From the NCBI GenBank assembly GCA_963851265.1, contig CAWKNZ010000010.1:151026-215025 (forward strand): 64,000 nt of DNA. The letters are read 5' to 3'. Of this stretch, positions 58,500-64,000 are shown one piece after another. Source of the stretch: an uncultured Gemmatimonadales bacterium. GTDB lineage: Bacteria > Gemmatimonadota > Gemmatimonadetes > Gemmatimonadales > Gemmatimonadaceae. The position numbers were made by a program, and so were the translations under genes. The notes below the pieces were generated by a model that was given only the letters and a program-made list of their open reading frames with translations, was not told the DNA's origin and ran no database searches. How positions within the stretch are numbered: position 1 is the stretch's first letter; every line of letters starts with the position of its first letter.

Positions 58500-58839
58500 G
58501 GCCGAAGCGCCGAACGACGGCCGCACACGCGGGCAGCCCCCGCTCGCGCGCCCACAGCCGAGCGTGGGTGAGTTCGGCTTCCCGGGCGCGAAGCACCGCG
58601 GGATCCCAGAACGCCCGCACGGCTCCGACCGGGAGACCGTCGGTCTCGGAGATGATCCCGGTGAACGCATCGAGCACTGCGTCACCCTGCCGTAGTCCAG
58701 CCTCTCGGAGGTGATGCTCAAGTTGCGGCGCCGCCTCCAAGAGCTCGTACGCACCGGAGAGCACGCGCGACGCGAGGCGAGCGGCGCGGCATCCAGCGTC
58801 GGCGGCGGCGGACGTAGAAGCTCCCTCTGAGTCGGGCAT
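58477..58839 (-). CDS. Cassette: DUF2489-like protein
   Basis: F.GI.SETDGLPVG..R.FW...L...E.E. Confidence 0.65.
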   Translation of the reverse strand: MPDSEGASTSAAADAGCRAARLASRVLSGAYELLEAAPQLEHHLREAGLRQGDAVLDAFTGIISETDGLPVGAVRAFWDPAVLRAREAELTHARLWARERGLPACAAVVRRFGHLTERCI

Positions 58840-58859
58840 CGCAGGATGAGCGGGTGGCC

Positions 58860-58977
58860 GCCTAACGCCCAAGTTCAGTTGCGGGTCGTGAGCGTGCGAC
58901 AGCGCCGAGGCGAGACAACGCCGATGGCCGCGCTGCCCTAACCCCGCGTACCCGACAACTGCAACGACACGTTCGGC
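58860..58977 (-). repeat. attC
   Basis: GCCTAAC...GTTCGGC. Confidence 0.88.
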
Positions 58978-58995
58978 GGCGCGGTGCGCGTGGCT

Positions 58996-59295
58996 TCACC
59001 CGCGCGCGTCACGTGCCCGCTCGGCAAGTACGGCCGTGGTGAACCGTTGTCCCTCAGCGACTTGGTCGACGACGTGCCCGACGGCGGCCACCTGCTCCTC
59101 GAGGGCCGCGACGCGTGCCGCGAGCGCGGTCGCCTCGGCGGCGCCGCGCGCCCGACGCTCGTGGGCGCGGACGAACCGCAGCGCCAAGTAGAGGAGCGCC
59201 GCGGGCAGGGCTAGGTAGACCAGGGCTGCGACGGCGAACGACAGCAGCATGGGGCCGATCTCGGCCTGCAGGATCGGTTGCGCGTCGGCCTGCAT
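58996..59295 (-). CDS. Cassette: small TM plus coiled-coil protein
   Basis: TM helix then RVAALEEQV...VAEGQRFTTAVLAER. Confidence 0.7.
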   Translation of the reverse strand: MQADAQPILQAEIGPMLLSFAVAALVYLALPAALLYLALRFVRAHERRARGAAEATALAARVAALEEQVAAVGHVVDQVAEGQRFTTAVLAERARDARG

Positions 59296-59348
59296 CGTAG
59301 CTGGAAAGTTGGGTAAGTCGGTCTGTCGTGCGCGGATCGCGGTAAGCC

Positions 59349-59470
59349 GCCGAACGCCCAAGTTCTGCTGCGAGCTTGTCGGAGCGCGATGGCGGGTAGC
59401 GTACGACAACGTCTGCCGGAGGCGCCGGGGCGTCCCAGGCAGACTCGACAGCAGCAACGCCACGTTAGGT
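59349..59470 (-). repeat. attC
   Basis: GCCGAAC...GTTAGGT. Confidence 0.88.
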
Positions 59471-59489
59471 GGCGGCGTGACTCGCCCAG

Positions 59490-60136
59490 TCAGTGCGGCG
59501 CGAAGGTGAACGGGATCTGGATCATCTGGCGCACCGGACGCCCGTTGAGCTGCGCGGGCGCGAACCGGTACCCGGGGAGCACGGCCCGGACCGCCTGCTC
59601 GAAGCGCGGGTCCGACGACTCCAGCACGACCAGCGTCTCCGGCACCGGCACGCCCGCGCTGTCCACGGCGATCTGCACGACCACCTTGCCGCCGAGCGCG
59701 CGCGCCGCCGGCGGGTACGCCGGCGCCGCGCCGCGCACGAGCGCCGCCATCCGCTGCACCTCGAACTCGAAGTACATGTGCTGGGCCTCGGCCTCGGCGA
59801 GGGGCACGGCGAGTTCGCGCGGCTGCTCGGCGGACGTCGTCGCCGCGACCGAGTCGACGTGCGGCCGGGAGCCGTCCGGGAGCGAGACTTGGAGCTGGTA
59901 GAACCCGGCTGACGGCACCGCGAGCACGAACCGGCCCGCGGAGTCGGCGCGCCCGTTGGCCACGAAGCGCCTCTCGCTCTGCGGCGGTACGCTGACGTAT
60001 AGCGCGGGGGCGGGGTGACCGGAGCTCGCGTCGCGCAGCACGCGTGCCACAACTTGGGCGCCCGCGCGGCGCGTGCGCTGGCCAGCAGGAGTCCACCCGC
60101 GGCGGCGTGCCACATCCGACTTCGACGAAAGATCAT
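59490..60136 (-). pseudogene. Cassette: second copy of the TonB-C protein, with a 1-bp deletion near 60075
   Basis: Near-identical to 46423-47070; ggcgcgTCGCGCCggcc became ggcgcgTGCGCTggcc, shifting the frame after the signal peptide start. Confidence 0.8.
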
Positions 60137-60164
60137 GAGCTTCCAGTTGGGTAAAGTGTGGGCC

Positions 60165-60260
60165 ACCTAACGCCACGTTCAGCTGCGCAGCGGGCCGCCC
60201 GGAGCCATCCCGCCACGAGGCAGGTCGGCCCGCTGCGTCTGCTGCAACGCCACGTTAGGC
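60165..60260 (-). repeat. attC (short class, duplicate of 42755-42850)
   Basis: ACCTAAC...GTTAGGC. Confidence 0.9.
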
Positions 60261-60599
60261 GGCGGGACCACTGACCTCGACCAGCGGCTCCCCGGCGGAC
60301 AGGAGCGCCGCGACCCGCGGCCAGGCGCCGCCGAACAGCTCGCGCAAGTACGCGTTGCTCGTGTTCCCGCACGTCAGCCAGATGACCTGCGGCGGCGGAC
60401 CGTGGCGCTGCAGGAGCTCGACGAAGTCGCTGTCCTTCGTGAGGACGACCGCCCCGGCCGCGCGCGCCCGGGCGAAAATGACCGGGTCCTCCGCCTCGGG
60501 CAGCCCGAGATCGCGGACCGCGTGCGCGTCCACGCCGAACGTGCGTCGCAGCCAGCCGGCCAACGCGGGCGAGACCTGCGCGTCCGTCCAGACCGTCAT
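60255..60599 (-). CDS. Cassette: DUF5615 PIN-like toxin (duplicate)
   Basis: Identical protein to 42845-43189. Confidence 0.88.
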   Translation of the reverse strand: MTVWTDAQVSPALAGWLRRTFGVDAHAVRDLGLPEAEDPVIFARARAAGAVVLTKDSDFVELLQRHGPPPQVIWLTCGNTSNAYLRELFGGAWPRVAALLSAGEPLVEVSGPAA

Positions 60600-60617
60600 C
60601 GGCCAGGCGACCGCGTC

Positions 60618-60851
60618 CTACGCCGCGAGCACCGGATGGTCAACGCGGCGCCGCGCGAATCGGACGCACGCGGCCACGTCCGCCGGCTCGAGGTCGGGCA
60701 ACTCCGCGACGACCTCCGCCGCGCTCAAGCCGACGGCGAGGAGGTCGAGAACGTCCACGACACGGATGCGCATGCCGCGCACGCACGGGCGCCCGCCGCA
60801 CTGGTCGGGGTTGACGGTGATCCGATCTATCAGCTCGACGGTCTGGCCCAT
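60618..60851 (-). CDS. Cassette: DUF433 antitoxin (duplicate)
   Basis: Identical protein to 43208-43441. Confidence 0.92.
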   Translation of the reverse strand: MGQTVELIDRITVNPDQCGGRPCVRGMRIRVVDVLDLLAVGLSAAEVVAELPDLEPADVAACVRFARRRVDHPVLAA

Positions 60852-60942
60852 GGCGCGCTCGCGGGAGGAAGGGGACGGCGGAAGATAGCATCCCCGCAGC
60901 TGGCCGGCGCACCCGACCGGTCGCGCGACCCTGCTCGGAGAC

Positions 60943-61060
60943 GCCTAACGCCCAAGTTCTGCTGCGAGCTGTCGGGGCGCGCCGCGGGTAGCGGACGCCA
61001 GCGTCTGCCGGGGCGCCGGGGCGTCCCTGCATACTCGGCAGCAGCAACGCCTCGTTGGGC
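60943..61060 (-). repeat. attC
   Basis: GCCTAAC...GTTGGGC. Confidence 0.88.
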
Positions 61061-61082
61061 CGCATCGTATTGGAGCGCGAGT

Positions 61083-61520
61083 TTACCGCGCATTGGGCGT
61101 GACCTCCACCCGCGCGTGCCGGCACGCAGCACGGCAGTGCCGCCCATTGATGTAGTGGCCGACGTAGACAGGCGCGAGCACCTGCTCGTGAGTCCCACGC
61201 CGGGTGCGCACCCGGAGTCGAATCGTGTCCGGCGCGAACCCGTCGAGGCGGACGCCGCGCTCCCGGCAGGCGCTGCCGACGCAGCTACCGGCCACGGGCA
61301 GGGCCGCTGCCTGCCGGAACGCGACTGCCTCGATGTGCACCGTATCGGTACGTGGGACGTCTCGGATCACGACTTGGACTGAGGAGAAGCAGGCCATGAG
61401 CGTGCACTCCTCCTTCGGAGGCGGCCGGTCGGCGTCCGGTGCACGTCGCCCGCACGCGGCCGCGACGCCGAGCCCGGCTAGCAGGACGTACGCGATGAAG
61501 AGGCTATGCGACCGATGCAT
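61083..61520 (-). CDS. Cassette: Cys-rich lipoprotein
   Basis: VAAAC lipobox; CTLMAC, C...C, NG..C...C. Confidence 0.7.
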   Translation of the reverse strand: MHRSHSLFIAYVLLAGLGVAAACGRRAPDADRPPPKEECTLMACFSSVQVVIRDVPRTDTVHIEAVAFRQAAALPVAGSCVGSACRERGVRLDGFAPDTIRLRVRTRRGTHEQVLAPVYVGHYINGRHCRAACRHARVEVTPNAR

Positions 61521-61543
61521 GTCCTGTGATCACGCATGTTGCC

Positions 61544-61660
61544 GCCGAACGCCCCAGTTCTGCTGCGAGTCGTGCCAGCGCACGGCGCGTCGCGTGCGAG
61601 GATGCACGCGGAGGAGCGGAGCGTCCCCGCAGACTCGGCAGCAGCAACGCTACGTTAGGC
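61544..61660 (-). repeat. attC
   Basis: GCCGAAC...GTTAGGC. Confidence 0.88.
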
Positions 61661-61671
61661 GTCCGCGGACG

Positions 61672-62166
61672 TCACCGGGCCGCGAGGCGTCGGGCCTGCG
61701 TACACCGGGTGAGCTGGACGACCTCGCCTGCAAGGTAGGCGCCAAAGGTGATGTCCCCGAGCGTGCCCGCGGCGCTGCTCCGGCACACGTCGACCGCCGG
61801 CGGGCGCGGCGCCCGCGGACCTGCGAGGAAGGTCACGAATCGGTACCCGCCCGCCGTGTCGCGCGCGACCTCGAGGACGGCGTACAGGGCCGAGTCGGCG
61901 GCCGCGGCGCGGTCGAGCGGCAGGACCGTGATGCCGACCTGGGCGCCGGCCAGCCCGACCGCGAGGAGGACTTGCCCCCGGTCGCGCACCCCGTTCCCAC
62001 GGAGCCGGACGTCAATGACGAGCCGGCGCTCGAACGGGCAGGCCGGCCCGCCGCCGACCTGGCCGATCTCGCAGATGCTGACCGCCGCAGCCGGCGTCTG
62101 CGCGCAGGCGACGCCAAGCGGGAGGGCTCTAAGCGCCACGAGCGCCACCGCCGATCGAGTGAGCAT
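61672..62166 (-). CDS. Cassette: secreted hypothetical protein
   Basis: Signal-like N-terminus after GGAGG; fills the cassette. Confidence 0.6.
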   Translation of the reverse strand: MLTRSAVALVALRALPLGVACAQTPAAAVSICEIGQVGGGPACPFERRLVIDVRLRGNGVRDRGQVLLAVGLAGAQVGITVLPLDRAAAADSALYAVLEVARDTAGGYRFVTFLAGPRAPRPPAVDVCRSSAAGTLGDITFGAYLAGEVVQLTRCTQARRLAAR

Positions 62167-62194
62167 CCGACAACCTCCAGAATTACTTGTAGAC

Positions 62195-62313
62195 GCCTAA
62201 CGCCGCAGTTCTGCTGCAAGCTTTCGGAGCGCGACGGCCGCAGGCGGACAACGGCGGACGCGGGAGGAGCGGAGCGTCGCTGCATACTTGACAGCAGCAA
62301 CGCATCGTTAGGA
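62195..62313 (-). repeat. attC
   Basis: GCCTAAC...GTTAGGA. Confidence 0.88.
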
Positions 62314-62379
62314 GGCGACGCGCCACAGTCAGACGCCCACGCACGGGAGCGCACGGGTGCCCCCGACGACCGCCTCAAG

Positions 62380-62803
62380 CTAGGTCACTGTCGCCTTCAG
62401 GAGTACCGGGTCGACCTGGTCGATCGCCTGGCGGAGCTGGGCGACGAGATCGAGGAGGTCCGCCCGTCCGCCGGGGAGCAAGGCCCGAAACTGTAACCAG
62501 TTGTAGAGCGTGGATATGAGGTGGTACGCTGTCCCGTACTCGATTGTATGCCCCGGATCGCGGATCGCAAGTTCGGCGTCCGCGAGGAAGTCCACGACCG
62601 CACCCGGGCCGTCCACGTACACGTGGAACGTCGCGGTGTCGATCATGGTCTGCGGCACGTCGGGGTACCGCGCGCGCGAGAGCCGCGCGCCCGTCCTCGA
62701 TCCGGCGCGGGCGGGCAAGGAGGGCGAGCGCCAATTCGCGCCGCGCGTCGTCGGGCACCGCGTAAATGCCGGCTTTCGGAGCGGGTGTCGTCGGATCGGT
62801 CAT
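62380..62803 (-). pseudogene. Cassette: hypothetical protein, apparently frameshifted near 62700
   Basis: MTDPTTPAPKAGIYAVPDD in one frame; protein-like RARYPDVPQTMIDTATFHVY...LYNWLQF in another. Confidence 0.5.
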
Positions 62804-62843
62804 GACGAAAGATAAGTGCTCGGCGGAATACTCGGCTTGTGCC

Positions 62844-62961
62844 GCCTAACGCCAAAGTTCACGTGCGGGTCGTCACGGCGCGAGACGGCGCGCGTGAGAT
62901 GGCGACGGAAGGTGCGCTGCCGTATCCCCGTTTACCCGTCACGTGCAACGCCTCGTTCGGC
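62844..62961 (-). repeat. attC
   Basis: GCCTAAC...GTTCGGC. Confidence 0.88.
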
Positions 62962-62989
62962 GGCGGGTGCACGACCGCATGCCCGAGCT

Positions 62990-63430
62990 TTATTGCGGCG
63001 GACTACCGTAGCGCCACCGCTGCCGACGATCCGCGAGGACCACGAAAGCGCCGAGCGCCGGACCGAGGACCCCGCTCAGCACCAGATGGTCGCGCCAGCG
63101 ATGCGGCGCACGTGGATGAAGCCCGAGGCCGCCGCAGAAGCAGACGGCAAAGTAGGCAACGCTGTGCACGACTACCGCGCGCCCGCGCCGGTCGCCGACG
63201 AACCGGCGGGCCGCCCAGGGGATCAGCATCCCGAGCGCGAAAGCGAGCGGCAGCGCCCAGAACTCGACCCACGCATCCTCCTCGCTACCGCGGACGTGCC
63301 GATACCGGGGACCGAGGAGCGAGAGCAGCAACACGACCACCAGCGGCGAGAAAATGATCGCGTACACTACCCACATTTCACGTCGGCTTACGTCGCGCGG
63401 CGGTTTCGAGGAGGGGTGGCGTTCAGTCAT
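62990..63430 (-). CDS. Cassette: 4-TM membrane protein
   Basis: Four hydrophobic segments; fills the cassette. Confidence 0.65.
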   Translation of the reverse strand: MTERHPSSKPPRDVSRREMWVVYAIIFSPLVVVLLLSLLGPRYRHVRGSEEDAWVEFWALPLAFALGMLIPWAARRFVGDRRGRAVVVHSVAYFAVCFCGGLGLHPRAPHRWRDHLVLSGVLGPALGAFVVLADRRQRWRYGSPPQ

Positions 63431-63448
63431 GGCATAGTAGGTACGACC

Positions 63449-63545
63449 GCCGAACGCCAAAGCTCAGTTGCAAAGCCGCAGGGCTGGAGCCCGGCCCCGC
63501 GGCGGAGCGGTGCGCGGCTTTGACAACTGCAGCGCCTCGTTAGGC
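63449..63545 (-). repeat. attC (short class, duplicate of 43533-43629)
   Basis: GCCGAAC...GTTAGGC. Confidence 0.9.
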
Positions 63546-63549
63546 GCTG

Positions 63550-64000
<451 letters not shown>

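Noticed and set aside
37911..63545. Regularly spaced repeats read as a CRISPR array or REP/BIME elements
   Set aside because: Repeats are 96-122 bp, variable and separated by whole genes with RYYYAAC/GTTRRRY-type ends; no cas genes; they fit attC

Overview
Very GC-rich (roughly 70-75% by eye) bacterial chromosome segment, most likely from a phototrophic member of Gemmatimonadota (inferred from gene content). It has three zones. (1) 1-15.9 kb is part of a purple-type photosynthesis gene cluster: pufBALMC, an inverted bchO, crtF-bchCXYZ, tandem PpsR boxes, bchID and a DUF3623-like gene. (2) 15.9-35.3 kb holds a PQQ dehydrogenase with a lanthanide-type D-Y-D motif, a cytochrome c and a caa3-type oxidase, followed by regulators and decayed genes. 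(3) 35.3-64 kb is a large integron cassette array on the minus strand with 30 complete attC sites plus one half site. No integrase lies in the window. The array is rich in toxin-antitoxin cassettes, contains duplicated cassettes, and is invaded by IS481, IS1182 and two identical IS110/IS1111 elements. Two signals stand out. First, the IS1111-type element sits exactly in the attC recombination core, and its 3' non-coding end carries guide-like segments matching that core (a putative attC-programmed bridge/seek RNA). Second, the same core heptamer GTTAGGC/GCCTAAC recurs 18 times in the non-integron 35 kb, mostly inside conserved genes as rare TTA-GGC codons, which suggests a genome-wide iterated signal.
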